This document shows, piece after piece, positions 32,594 through 43,801 of a DNA stretch of 47,514 nucleotides. Source of the stretch: Porphyridium purpureum (taxonomy: Eukaryota); NCBI GenBank assembly GCA_008690995.1, contig VRMN01000012.1:372001-419514 (forward strand), in the 5' to 3' direction. The notes beneath the pieces were generated by a model that saw only the letters and a program-made list of their open reading frames with translations, was not told the DNA's origin and ran no database searches. The translations under genes were made by a program, and so were the position numbers. Each line of letters starts with the position of its first letter. Position 1 is the first letter of the stretch.

Positions 32594-34613
32594 AATCTCT
32601 TTTGCTCCTCTCTCTTTTTTTGCCTGCCTTTACTTACGACGTGGTGTGGATCTTTTGGCTGAGCTCTGGCCCAGTTCCCCCGCTGATGATCTTCTAACGA
32701 TCACCGCGGCGTTGCGGGCCTTTTGGCTTGGTTCAAACTGTGAAAGAGGGGAAAATATAATCTTCGCCGGACCGCCATAGAGCTCGTGACCAGATAGTCC
32801 TCGGCCGCGCAGTTTCGCCCCGCGTTCTGGAAGTTGTCTTCCGGAATGCACTCCCAAGTACATTGCGACATGAGCCTTACAATTCACGCGCCAAAACAAG
32901 GAGTTAAAAGTTCCGACCACGTGGAAGAATTTGTCGCATCGTGCTCGTTTGCGTTTCAACTTCATCGCCCTTGAGAAATGTTTATTCCGCCCCTGGTTGC
33001 CGGCACCTTCGACGCCTGTCGCCTAGTTTGCGGCACATGCTTCCCCAGGCGTTTATGTGAACTTGCTTTTGTGCTTGCGCTTCTGTGTGTGCTGTGGAGA
33101 AACACATCGATGGACCCTGTGCCTTCTCATCGAGGCCTTTCGGCCTTGCGGCGTTTCCTCTTTCATCTCCCTTCTAAGGATCGAAGAGACACCTTGGGTG
33201 CAGACCTAGAGGTACGGCGCTTTAGAATAATGTACCTGTGTGCCTTGTTTTCTCGCCCGAATCGTAGCCAAATAACATCAGACGCAAAAGACGAGAACAA
33301 GAAAGAACAAAACATCAGACGGTCACAGAGCAGCAAATCCCACGTCTAGCGGGACTACAGGTTGCTCTTCCCGTCGGCGGCCGCAGGACCGATCTCGACA
33401 GGGGCAAAGAGATGTAACCCTTATTGAGGGCAAATTATCATACAACCCCTCCACGCTATCCCTCGGTGCTCTGGTACACAAACTCTGCAAACCCACTACG
33501 CTTTCTAACGATCGCTCTCACCTGTTCTTCCATTTTACTCTTCCTTTTACCTCTTCCTTGCTATCTGGAAAAGTCAAACGACCTGGCGGCCTGCCGCTCC
33601 TTTTATTGCCAGAGTCGGCTTGAGGAAATCAACAACCCAGAAAAAGAGAAGCGGAAGAAGCCTCCGCTGGCTCGGAGCAGTCCACATCAAATGGTTCAAA
33701 TTTACCAGCTGTCAAGCTTCCAGCTTCCGAATCGTGAGGGTGGCTTTATGTCTACCGCTTCCACGCCAGTCATCTAAAAAATATTCGCTCCCATTTCCCC
33801 GTGCAACACATCCGCCATTTCCACAGCCTTTACCGCATCCTCCTTGGCTCTTTCCAGTCTGCTGATTGTTGTTTTTCACTTTAAGGTGCTGGAGACGCAT
33901 GCCCGTGGGGAGCAGGAACCACCTGGCGGCTGGCTGGCACTCATAAAGCCGCTTTTCGACTACGTGGCTTTGACTTCGTTCTGTAGAACGTTCGGAAAAA
34001 AGTCTGACCTTTTGTTGAACTTTCGTTTTGTTCCGCGTTGGCGACAGCAAGGACGACAGGATAAGTATTGCGCGGGGCCTGTGCGGTCCCCCAGAAGTTT
34101 TCAGAAACGATAGAAGTAGAGGGTACGAGGAAAGGGCACAGAGCATAAAGAAGGGAGTATCCGTTTGGTATCCGGATTCTCAGCGCGGCTGTTGGAAAGC
34201 GTGAGGTCCATTGCTTAGCCTGTGTAGCAGAGCCAGCAGTTTATTGAGTCTGCGGGTTTAAGTGCCCTGAAAGCATTGACGTCACACGGCGGCTTTATCC
34301 TTTACGAAAGCCTGTGCCTGTTAGGACTGGTGCTGTCTGCGCCGACGCGAAAGACAATAGCAGTGGCCCTACACGTTGGATTTTCCACGCCCCGGGCTTT
34401 CGTGGTCTGTGTGTGTCGGTGTTCTCTGAACCGGTTTCGACGTGGTTTCTTGTGTGAATGGACATCCAATCGAATTCATTCCAGCCTGTACTCGTTCTTG
34501 TCATCCTCAAGCACACGCAGTGTAAAGCAAAATCCAGATCGATTTACATAGACGATTTTCCACGAATTTATTATACACATGTATATATAATTTAATTTTG
34601 CCTTTCCCTCTCA

Positions 34614-34733
34614 ACCTGCGCTCATAGCAGCTGGACATGCGCCCCTTCCCATCTCGCACAGGGAAGCTAAGTCCGCTAGCGCCCGGGTAGTACTGAGGTG
34701 AGGGATCACTCGGGAATTCCGGGTGGCGCAGGT
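34614..34733 (+). rRNA. 5S rRNA gene, copy 2
   Basis: Identical to 32474-32593, with the same TATA-like upstream element and downstream TTTT. Confidence 0.9.
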
Positions 34734-35320
34734 AATCTCTTTTGCTTCTCGCTCCTTTTTGTTACGTGCCTGCTTGCTTCTTTCCATCCCTCCGTCACTT
34801 TGCGTCCGACTCTTACGCCGCTACCATCAGCGCCACTGTCACCGCCGGCAAAATTGTCTCGTCGTCCTCTTCTGGCAGGGCAACGTTCGCTGTGTGCATT
34901 GGGGTGTGGCTCTCTGCTTGCGTCGCGCGTAGCAAGTCTGGTTCTCACACATTCGGGTCATATTGCGTGGCGCGTTTTTTTTTGCTCTATCTGCGTGCCA
35001 GCCTGCGTGCCTTCGTGCCTGCTTGTCTCTGGCTCGCCGGCTGCCTCGTGTTAATCCCGCTCTCATTCGGTACCGGGAGGTCGCGGTTGTGGCTCTGGTC
35101 ATGCGCTGCTGAGACTTGGTAGGGTGCGGACACAGACCAAGTAAGACCGACCAGGCTCGGTTGAGGGCGACGTCGAACTTGTTCGAGGAGAACGTTGTCT
35201 TGAATATTGCGCTGCGTCTGTCCTCGTTCTCAACCAGCACAGGCTCTGGTCGGTTCAAGTTCTGAAGACTGTCAGGTGGTTTGAACAACAGGCAGCGACC
35301 CAGTGCGGACACAAGCCGCC

Positions 35321-35785
35321 ATGGAAAAACTGGTGGGCGCCGGGATGATCCTGTGGACCGGCGTCATGGTGGGCGTCGAGTTCATGGACGCGCCAGTAAA
35401 GTTCCAGGCGCCGGCGTTGCAGGAGCAGCGGTGGGTAGCGATGCAGGTCGGCTCGGTGCTGTTTCGCCATTTCCAAAAGGTGGAGCGCGTGTTTGTCGCG
35501 TTGGGAACGGCCGGAATGGCCTTGGTGTCGATGAATACTGGGCGCAACCGTCTGCCTCGGCTCGCGTCGTTCGGACTGGTGCTCGCATCCGTCGCGCTGA
35601 ATCACGCGTGGGTCGCGCCGCGCTTGTACGACGTGATGCAGTACGGCATTGACCGGCGCATCTTGAAGAAGAGCGATGTGCCGCAGGAGCTGCGCGATAA
35701 GAGTGCCTCGTTGCACGCTTGGTACGCGGCCTTGGAGCTTGCCAAGATGTGTGGCTTGGTCGGATGCGCGGCCGCGCTGCTGTAG
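35321..35785 (+). CDS. DUF4149/TMEM205-like small membrane protein
   Basis: gccATGg start. W.G..VGVEFMDAPVKFQAP...VGSVLF..F.KVE and LH.WY..LEL.K patterns, about four hydrophobic helices. Confidence 0.75.
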   Translation: MEKLVGAGMILWTGVMVGVEFMDAPVKFQAPALQEQRWVAMQVGSVLFRHFQKVERVFVALGTAGMALVSMNTGRNRLPRLASFGLVLASVALNHAWVAPRLYDVMQYGIDRRILKKSDVPQELRDKSASLHAWYAALELAKMCGLVGCAAALL

Positions 35786-35860
35786 CGGGGACGAGGAGCA
35801 CAAACACATCTCAAAAGTTGTTTAGCAAAAGTTATCTAGAAAAAATTCCAACCAGATTCA

Positions 35861-37391
35861 TTAATGTGCGACGGCCGTGGCTGGATCCTCCGCAGCCTCG
35901 ACCACGCCGCTCTGCTGGACCAGCTCCTGGTCCACCTCGGTGCCGTCCACCCACTCCCACTCCTTCTCAAAGTGGTCGTCCACTTCGGCCTTGTAGAATT
36001 CAGGCACGAGCTCGCCAGTCTCATTCTCGCCTTGCAGCATGTCCACCACGACCCTTTTGCTTCGCTCGTTCACCTCGCGCACCAGCGCCGCGTGGTGCTC
36101 CTCAAAGTGCTGCACCTTGACGAGGTACTCCTTCTTTCTCTTCTTCTTATCGATGTGCTTTTTCTCAAAAAATTTGCGCTGGCCGGGATCCTTGAGCCAC
36201 TTGACGGCCATCACGGCGTAGCACTCGTCCGTGCCGTTGAACCAGGCCGCAAAGATCTCCTCCTCCATGGCGTCCTTCTCGCTGACAGGAACGTACTTTT
36301 CGATCAGGTCGGGAAGCAGCTTCAGTTCCAGCGTGAGATAGCTCAGCAGCGCGGACACGGCCTTGTTGATTTTCTCGCGCAGCAGGCGCAGCGCCTCGGA
36401 CGGTGGAAGGTACACGAGCTCGCTGTCAAACGTGACGCGCAGCGTTTGCAGCATGCGGCCAATCTCCGACTTGGACTTGGTGCGCTCCTTCCTGCTGAGC
36501 GGGCCGTTGATGGTGACCCGCTTGGCGAGTCGCGCGTACCAGACGGGCTCCTCGATGAAAAAGTACGACACAATGAAGCTCGACGTCACTTCCCAGTGGT
36601 CGAAGAACAATTCAATGTCCTCCATTTCGACGTCGACAAACATGCGGTCAAGCGCGGACAGCAGTGTAGGTATCTGCGTAGGAGTCGTCGCGCAGCGCGT
36701 TTTGCGACATGGCGAACAGGTCGATGTTCCACTTCCCGCCGTATGGCGTCGCCAGCAGCGCCGGCGCAGAAAATGTCGCGGCGCGCTGTTGCGCAATCTT
36801 GGCGTACGCCGTCCTGTTCCCGGTTTGGGCTTCAGCGGCGTTCTCTCGCTGCCCGCAGCACCAGCCAGACTGGCAGCTTTTTGCCTGATCCGCTGGCCGA
36901 GCGGCACGCCCGAATCGCTGGCGCGGCGTCCGTTTGCAGCAAACAGGTTTCGCGCTTCGCTGCCGCGGGATCGATCGTCGATGCGTTTGTGCCCGAGCTG
37001 GACAGCGAGCCCCGCTTGGCGGCGCGTCGGCTGAATCGGCACGAAAGCTCGGACTGTCGCCGCTGCTTGAACGAGACCGAGCTGTCTCATATGACCTCGG
37101 CGTCGGTGGCCCTGTATCAGCTTCTTCCTACCGCGCCAAACCCCTTCATGCGCGACGACGAGGACGCCTGCGCCGGCTTGTCGGCTGTCCTGCCGAGTCG
37201 CCGCGCCCGAAAATCTTGCTCGGAGGTCGAGCGCATCGCGCTTGATGCTGGCGCTGGAGCGACGACTCGTCGACCTCGCCTTCTGCCTCGCGGAGCGGTC
37301 TAGCCGCCGCGCAGGTCTCCTGGGGACGAGCCCCGCGCCCCAGCATGCGCATCTTTGGCGAGGCCGCCGACGGCGACTCCGTCCGCGACAT
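35861..37391 (-). CDS. Uncharacterised helical (possibly hemerythrin-like) protein; 5' part frameshifted in this sequence
   Basis: Convincing coding from about 36665 down to 35861 (DIELFFDHW...YFFIEE..., acidic tail). The protein-like upstream segment TPYGGKWNIDLFAMSQNALRDD is in another frame. Start uncertain. Confidence 0.6.
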
Positions 37392-39783
37392 CCTCCCTCC
37401 ACTCTGCCAAACTCTCCTTGTCTCATGCTGGACCGCCAACGTCCACCCGCCTGACGCCACCAACCCACCGACCCGTTCCAACCCGCCCGCAACCCAGCGC
37501 ACGCAACGCAGCGCCCTTCCCCGCGGCGTCACTCACCCACCCACCCACCCACCCACTCTCCCTGCCCAACCTGCACCCCAACCGCCGTGCACTCACCCCC
37601 ACACCCGCCCCACCCTCCACCACCATTGCCCGCGCAACCCCCTCCGTCCACCACTCCCACACTCCGGCCCTACCGTCCCTCACCACCACTCCCACCTCCC
37701 TCTCCCTCTCCTCTCCCCAACCCCACCACTGGACACAAACCCCCTCCTCTCCTTCCTCCCCTTCTGCTCCTTCCCCTGCCCCCTTCAACCCTAGCTCATA
37801 CTTAACCCAGCTGTTTCACTAGAAACACACACCCACCCGCAACCCTAATCCACATCCCACCCTAACACGCCACCCCCCAACACTCCCCAACGCCGAAAAT
37901 CTGCGCCATGCACGCGCGCTCGCATACCCAAAACACACACGTTTAGTAACACACGTAACGGCCATCACCCCCACCCCACTTCCACCCTCACCGCCACCCT
38001 TCGCCACACTACCGCCTGCAATACCCGGCCCCCACCCCGTCGCTGTAATTCCTCCGTCTTTCCATCACCTCGTTCCGCATCGTTCTCTCTTTCTTTCTGT
38101 CTGTCCGTTTGTCTGTTTGTCCTGTTTACACAAATAGTACACCCTGCCTCCCTCCCTTCTTCCCATGTCGGTTTCTGCGGTTTCTTGCCGGTGCGTTCAA
38201 ATCATCGGCATTGCAGCTGAGCGTCGCCTCCCGCCGCTTCTTCTGGCCCGTGCGATCGCGGGTTTAAGTGAGAATGCGCGCACGCGCATTGCAGGCTGCG
38301 CTTGTCAGATGGTCGTCATTTCCCGGTCGATGGCAGGCTGGTCAGGCCGGTATGAACGGCGCGCAGGGTGGGATGTCGACGTGCAAGAGCAGGTGGAAGC
38401 GGAGAGACGACGCGGAGAGAGGGTGACGGAGCGGGCGATGGTTTGTCCGAGTGCCATCAAGCTGCTGGGCGCGCGAGGCAGGTGCGCTGGCAGACCGGAT
38501 GGACAGGTAGACGAAAGACGGGAGATGGTGCTTCGTGGCAGGCGGTATGAGCTGCAGCGCTGGCTGGGATACGTCAGCGGTAAGTTCCGGTGTCTGTGCA
38601 AGGAGCAGAAGGATGATGATACCCTTTGGCGGCGCTATGAGCGTTCGGTCGGGCCTTTTCACGCACGCAGATGGCTGCAGATGGCTTCGCGTCCAGCCGG
38701 TCTGTTGCGGCTACGGGCATGGAGCTCTGGTGTTTCAACGGCCGGATCCACCTTTCGACGGTTCGGCCAGGCTACGTACCATGCTTGTTTCTAAGCCGTC
38801 TTGGACCTTGAGGCGTGCGCGAGTTTAATAATTTTCTAAGCTCGCATGCTCGACGTGGATGAGTTCCGCGCAGACAAGTCTATTTGACCAAAAGAGGCGG
38901 CTCTGAGCCTCCTGGATAGAGTATATCCAATGCCCTTCTTTCCTCGTCTCGTGTCACAGACTTCACAAGTTGACTCGGCGAGCGGTTTGCAAGTGCGCAA
39001 CAAGGCTCTTCCCCAGGACGAGGCACATGGCAGCAGGCACTAAGCCTAGACTGCATTGCCATACGAACGCTACCGTAGCAGGGAGCCACATCGACCACCA
39101 TCGACGACCAAATACCTTTCCGTACTGAAAGAGACCAGCGGTTCTTATGCCTGTCGAAACGGACTCTCGCACTGCCCGCGTTGCCATCGATATCGCTGTC
39201 TACGACCCCGGAATGAACATCGGCTCTCTCTTGCCTCACCATGAAGGCTCGCGCCACTTTCCCAGATTGCCACTTTAGCAGAGCCAAAGTCGGTAACCTG
39301 CGCACGTCAGACTCACCGTCACACGGCTCCATTCGCCGTGCCGACTGCAGAAGCAAGGGGCGCGTGCGAAACTGCACATTTCGCGTTTGTCAGACCTCAT
39401 GAGCGGGCCAGCCAGTATTCTGCCGCATTGTGGCGTTTTTCTTGAGGGCGCACGGTTCACACTCCCTTATGCATCGGCTGCGTCTGTACCCAGGAAAAGA
39501 GATGTGCGAGTTGAGGCCATCCGGTGTATATCGCCAGGGATAGAGCGACCGTGACAGTTGTCCATATCAGCAGACGAAAGTCCTTACGCTTCGGGCAAGG
39601 TCATTAAGGAAGACGAGCGCAAAAGCTCATCGCTGAATAGATTTTGAAACCCCACAGAGACAAGGATATCCGTGAAGTCCGCGACCATATCTTAGCTCGA
39701 ATATTTCTTCGCGTCCCTGTATAGTAGATCCACGCTGGTCAAGTGACTTCCGCAATTTCAAAGACATTTATCAAAGAAGTTCG

Positions 39784-41730
39784 CTAAAGCAGGGACCACG
39801 TCTGCGCTTCCAGCCTTCCAGTCACGTGCCAAGCTCCGGGAAAGAAGCCGCGCTTCGCCCTCATGTTTGTTCGCTTACTAGGTTGCTTCCGGAACCACAA
39901 CCACTCCTCCAAGTTCGACACAGCGTGAGATTCTAAGAGCAAAGCACAAGCGCGCTCAGCACGCTCCGTGTCACCGTCAAGGGCGCCCAACAAATACTGC
40001 TCAAACCCTTCGTATGACTTTCGCGCCGCTACCCACTTGTCAACTTTCTTCTTGTCCGGGAATGACAGCTGCACAAACTCTTGGAACTCCTTCATGTCGT
40101 TCAGTGCCTCGCCGTTCACCTGGCGCTCCCTCACATTCCGGACCGATGCGGCGTCAACCTGCAGGACCCCTTCCAGGACTCGAGCCAGCTGCTCACAAGT
40201 CAGATCATCAAGGGGAGTTTCCGCAAGCATCTTCTCCACGTCAGTGTCCGACTCGTCGCCTGGCGATAGAATCTCATCGGCACGAGGGTCTACAGTACTT
40301 GTATCGGGACGTGCGGGCTGCCCAAAAGGACCCACCGGCTCTGGCACGGGCGTTGGGACCTCGACCTTGATGTTCGCGATCAGTTCCTTCTCGCCACGTG
40401 CCGCCTCGTCCAAGTCCAGCTTCATTCCCTTCTGGGCCATCGCCACCAGCCGCAACGCAGTCTTGAACCGCCCCGTATCGAGCGACGAAAACATCCCTTG
40501 GCTGGTTGCGAAGCTCCAGATCTCATTCAGCATGCGATTCGGTAGTCCAGACTTGGACAAAAACGCAACCGTTTCCTGCACGTCCACCTCACCGCTTCCG
40601 TCCGCGTCGGCCACCTTCCAGTATACCTCGTGCTGTGCTGTCTCCGACAGCGTGCGCGCGCCAAGGGCAAACGGATTCGCCCCGGGTACGTCTATTTTGG
40701 CACGCAGCGAGAGCGGACCTTGTTGCGCACGCGCCAGGCTGCCCTGCTCGCCGTTCTGCTCCAGCGCAATGAAGCGAAGCGCGAGCACAAAGTCATCATA
40801 ATTTAGCGTAAGCTTGCCGCGAGCTGTTGCAATGTCATCCCACATGCGATACAGCACCGAGGTCGAAAGCCGCGTCTTTGAGAAGAACGCCAGCGCCTCC
40901 TGAGCTTCCAGAGCGCCGCTCCTATCCGAGTCGGCGACCGCCCAGTAATCCTTGCAATACTGTGCCTCGTCGGCTGCACCAGGCACACTTTCACGGCCGC
41001 ACTGTCGATCACTTGTTTCCCACACCTTGACCGTCTTGTCATCGCGGCTGGACGCCATGAACCGGCCATCGAGCGGGAAACGCTCTGTGGTCACCTTTTC
41101 TGAATGATCCTGCAGGGTGCGGACGCACGAGCCGGTTTGCACATCCCACACCGTGATCGTTTTGTCCCAGCTGCCGGACGCAATGAATCGGCCATCGGGC
41201 GAAAAGCGCACCGCGTACACACCATGTTGGTGCCCAGTCATGGTGCGCACGCACGCGCCGGTCTGCACATCCCATACCTTGACCGTCTTGTCATCGCTGC
41301 CGGACGCGATGAGCTTGCCATCGGGCGAGAAGTCCACCGCCCACACCTTATCCAACTGTTCCGTCAAAGTGCGGACGCACGAGCCAGCGTGAGCGTCCCA
41401 CACATTGACCGTTTGGTCCCAGCTGCTGGACGCAATGAATTGGCCATCGGGCGAAAAGCGCACCGCGTACACACCATGTTGGTGCCCAGTCATGGTGCGC
41501 ACGCACGCGCCGGTCTGCACATCCCATACCTTGACCGTCTTGTCATCGCTGCCGGACGCGATGAGCTTGCCATCGGGCGAGAAGTCCACCGCCCACACCT
41601 TATCCGAGTGTTCCGTCAAAGTGCGGACACACGAGCCAGCGTGGGCGTCCCACACATTGACTGTTTTGTCCCAGCTGCCGGACGCAATGAATTGGCCATC
41701 GGGCGAAAAGCGCACCGCATACACACCACA
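39784..41730 (-). CDS. WD40-repeat / EH / EH / SAM-like protein, paralog A (intact 3' part)
   Basis: Alternating 42-aa WD40 repeats. Two EH-like units ([23 protein letters not shown]...LYRMW and [23 protein letters not shown]...LNEIW). SAM-like [13 protein letters not shown]...RQVNGEAL. Confidence 0.85.
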   Translation of the reverse strand, partial: CGVYAVRFSPDGQFIASGSWDKTVNVWDAHAGSCVRTLTEHSDKVWAVDFSPDGKLIASGSDDKTVKVWDVQTGACVRTMTGHQHGVYAVRFSPDGQFIASSSWDQTVNVWDAHAGSCVRTLTEQLDKVWAVDFSPDGKLIASGSDDKTVKVWDVQTGACVRTMTGHQHGVYAVRFSPDGRFIASGSWDKTITVWDVQTGSCVRTLQDHSEKVTTERFPLDGRFMASSRDDKTVKVWETSDRQCGRESVPGAADEAQYCKDYWAVADSDRSGALEAQEALAFFSKTRLSTSVLYRMWDDIATARGKLTLNYDDFVLALRFIALEQNGEQGSLARAQQGPLSLRAKIDVPGANPFALGARTLSETAQHEVYWKVADADGSGEVDVQETVAFLSKSGLPNRMLNEIWSFATSQGMFSSLDTGRFKTALRLVAMAQKGMKLDLDEAARGEKELIANIKVEVPTPVPEPVGPFGQPARPDTSTVDPRADEILSPGDESDTDVEKMLAETPLDDLTCEQLARVLEGVLQVDAASVRNVRERQVNGEALNDMKEFQEFVQLSFPDKKKVDKWVAARKSYEGFEQYLLGALDGDTERAERACALLLESHAVSNLEEWLWFRKQPSKRTNMRAKRGFFPGAWHVTGRLEAQTWSLL

Positions 41731-42116
41731 TGAGTGCCCGTCGCGCAGATTGCGCACGTACGCGCGCCGGTCTGCACATCAATACCTTGACCGTCTTGTC
41801 ATCGTATGCGGACGCGATGCGTGCATCGGGCGAAGTCCACCGCCACACCTTATCCGGAATTTCCATCAAAGTGCGGATACACAGGCCAGATGACGTCCCA
41901 CACATTGACCGTTTGGTCAGCTGCTGGACGCAATGGGTGTACATCGGGCGAAAGCGCACGTACACACCATACTGCCCAGTCATGGTGCGCACACTTTACT
42001 GGAACTGCCGCGTCTATGACCGTCTTGTCGCTGCTGCCGGACTGATAGAACCGTCGGGCGAAGTCTACCAAATCCACACCTTATCTGCGTACCCAGTCAG
42101 GTCGCTTAATTACCAT
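41731..42116 (-). pseudogene. Indel-riddled 5' portion (about three further WD40 repeats and the probable start) of paralog A
   Basis: Clearly homologous to 41480-41730 and 45690-45830 but with many 1-3-nt deletions. Either real decay or unpolished long-read sequence. Confidence 0.65.
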
Positions 42117-43390
42117 CGCCTCTGCTTCAACCCACCGACCGTCCACACCGCACTATTCTCACTTCCAGCACACGGCCTGCTCTCCCTCCTGCCCGTGCAC
42201 GCGCGCCCCGCCTTTCTGCCGGAATCGCGAAATCGAACGCGTTTCACGATTTTCCAGCGCTGCGTCGCACAGCGCGCGAAGGCAGAAACGACCAAAGCGG
42301 CCGTTGCGCGACGCCGTGCTTTTCGGTGCGCTCAATTTGGCTTCATGCGGTTGCATGGCAGCGCAGGGAGCGCTAAGATCGCTGGCTGCATCTGGCGGGC
42401 GTGCGTGAATGGATAGACGGATACATGAGGCGCAGGTACGCGAGAAGCACGCTGGACAGCTGCTCGGGACGCAGTCACGGGAAGACATCTACCCGAAAGG
42501 TTGGACACAATGTGATAAAGGAGACCCATGTAGGCACACAGGGGCTCACACGGGAGCCACTTAGGAGGCATAGAGAAAAGCATGATCCTCCCGGACATGG
42601 TCTCAGGCCGCACGTTAAGAGCATTACCTGCGCGTTTGCTTCTTTTTTCTTTTTTTTTTTTTCACTTCCTGGACTGCCAATGCACCATGCAGCTGCTGAT
42701 TCGGAAAACTGAAGTAAAACGGAGCGGCGCAAAACAAAGCCGTGCTGGCGTTCGGAGGTCGGTGGTGAAAGGGGCAAGACAGATCACGTCTGCACGGTTT
42801 AGATGGATGGAGCGGCAGCAGTGAGCGAGCAAGAGACCTGCGGTAGCGGTTTCCAGAACTGCGCCCGTAGCGTGGATGATGGCATCTAAGCACAGAAGGG
42901 CACGGCAGAATGCCGAAGAATCAAGTCGCTGATGGGCGCATCGTAGCCGCAGCGTTCGCGCATGTTTGCTTGCGCACAAGATCTGGACCATGCACCACGC
43001 TCGGTGGTTGTCCGTCCTGTAAGGATCTGTCCTGAACTCCATGCCACTTTTTTGACAGAGGGAATTTGTCCACAACTTGTCGCGAAGTTTCCTACTCGGC
43101 TGGATACATCTGAACAGGCAGCTTGCTGCTCCACGGCGCGCCCTTGCGATGAGCCCTCTGTCCCTGTAGGTGATCTGGCAGTCGCCGCGCTGGCGCAAAA
43201 GCACGAGCGCTTTTGTGTTTGTACTCCAGGATGACCGTGGCACACAGCTTCCAGTGCGCAGCCCGTGCCCGTGCCAATGCCGACGCCGGATAAGTGCATG
43301 CGTGCTCGACCGTATCAAGCGTGGCTGGGAATTTATCCCACAGCGCGCCGCTCAGGTATGGCATCCATGCATTCCATTGCAATCACACGC

Positions 43391-43450
43391 AACCGCTCGC
43401 AGCCGCTCTTAGCCGCTCGCAACCGCTCTTAGCCGCTCTTAGCCGCTCGA
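43391..43450. repeat. 10-bp minisatellite (A[A/G]CCGCTC[TT/GC]) x6
   Basis: aaccgctcgc agccgctctt agccgctcgc aaccgctctt agccgctctt agccgctcga. Confidence 0.85.
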
Positions 43451-43801
43451 AATCCGTCGCGAGCGCATGCACCCGAGCCACAGGCGGCCCACGCAGTCGT
43501 CACGGGAAAGTGCACTCACTTTATTGTGAACATCACACCAACTCGCACCCGCCGCTAGCGCACACGGCGATCATGTGAGCGTCCTCTTTCAATAGGTTTC
43601 CGTACGTTGCACATGTATCGTGCATGCTGCTTTCTGCACCAGACAATCAAGCCCGCCGCGGGTCCACAAATACACAGACGCTCACATGATCCAGTCAGCC
43701 CGTGCCACCTCGCGCGCGTACCCGACACACGCTGACAAGCGACCACTGCGGCAACGGCTTATTGCTCATTCTCACAAACACTCACGCGCACCAGCATTGG
43801 T

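Noticed and set aside
32716..32745. GGCCTTTTGGCTTGGTTCAA resembling the U2 snRNA 5' stem next to 5S
   Set aside because: The branch-point pairing sequence GTGTAGTA does not follow, so there is no support for a 5S-U2 linkage.
35864..37303. 479-aa plus-strand ORF
   Set aside because: Antisense to the minus-strand gene; its L/V/H-rich composition is typical of a reverse-frame shadow.
37530..38060. Long C/A-rich strand-skewed tract
   Set aside because: Low-complexity upstream sequence like those before other minus-strand genes (29340-29440, 31830-32010); no periodic unit.
38165..39377. 209-aa (+) and 165-aa (-) ORFs, including a GVVDSDIDGN copia RNase H-like word
   Set aside because: A single weak motif with no supporting neighbours; cannot support a gene or element call.
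42662..43318. 218-aa and 137-aa minus-strand ORFs (one containing CHGHPGVQT)
   Set aside because: Only an isolated integrase-like word; no other recognisable motifs.
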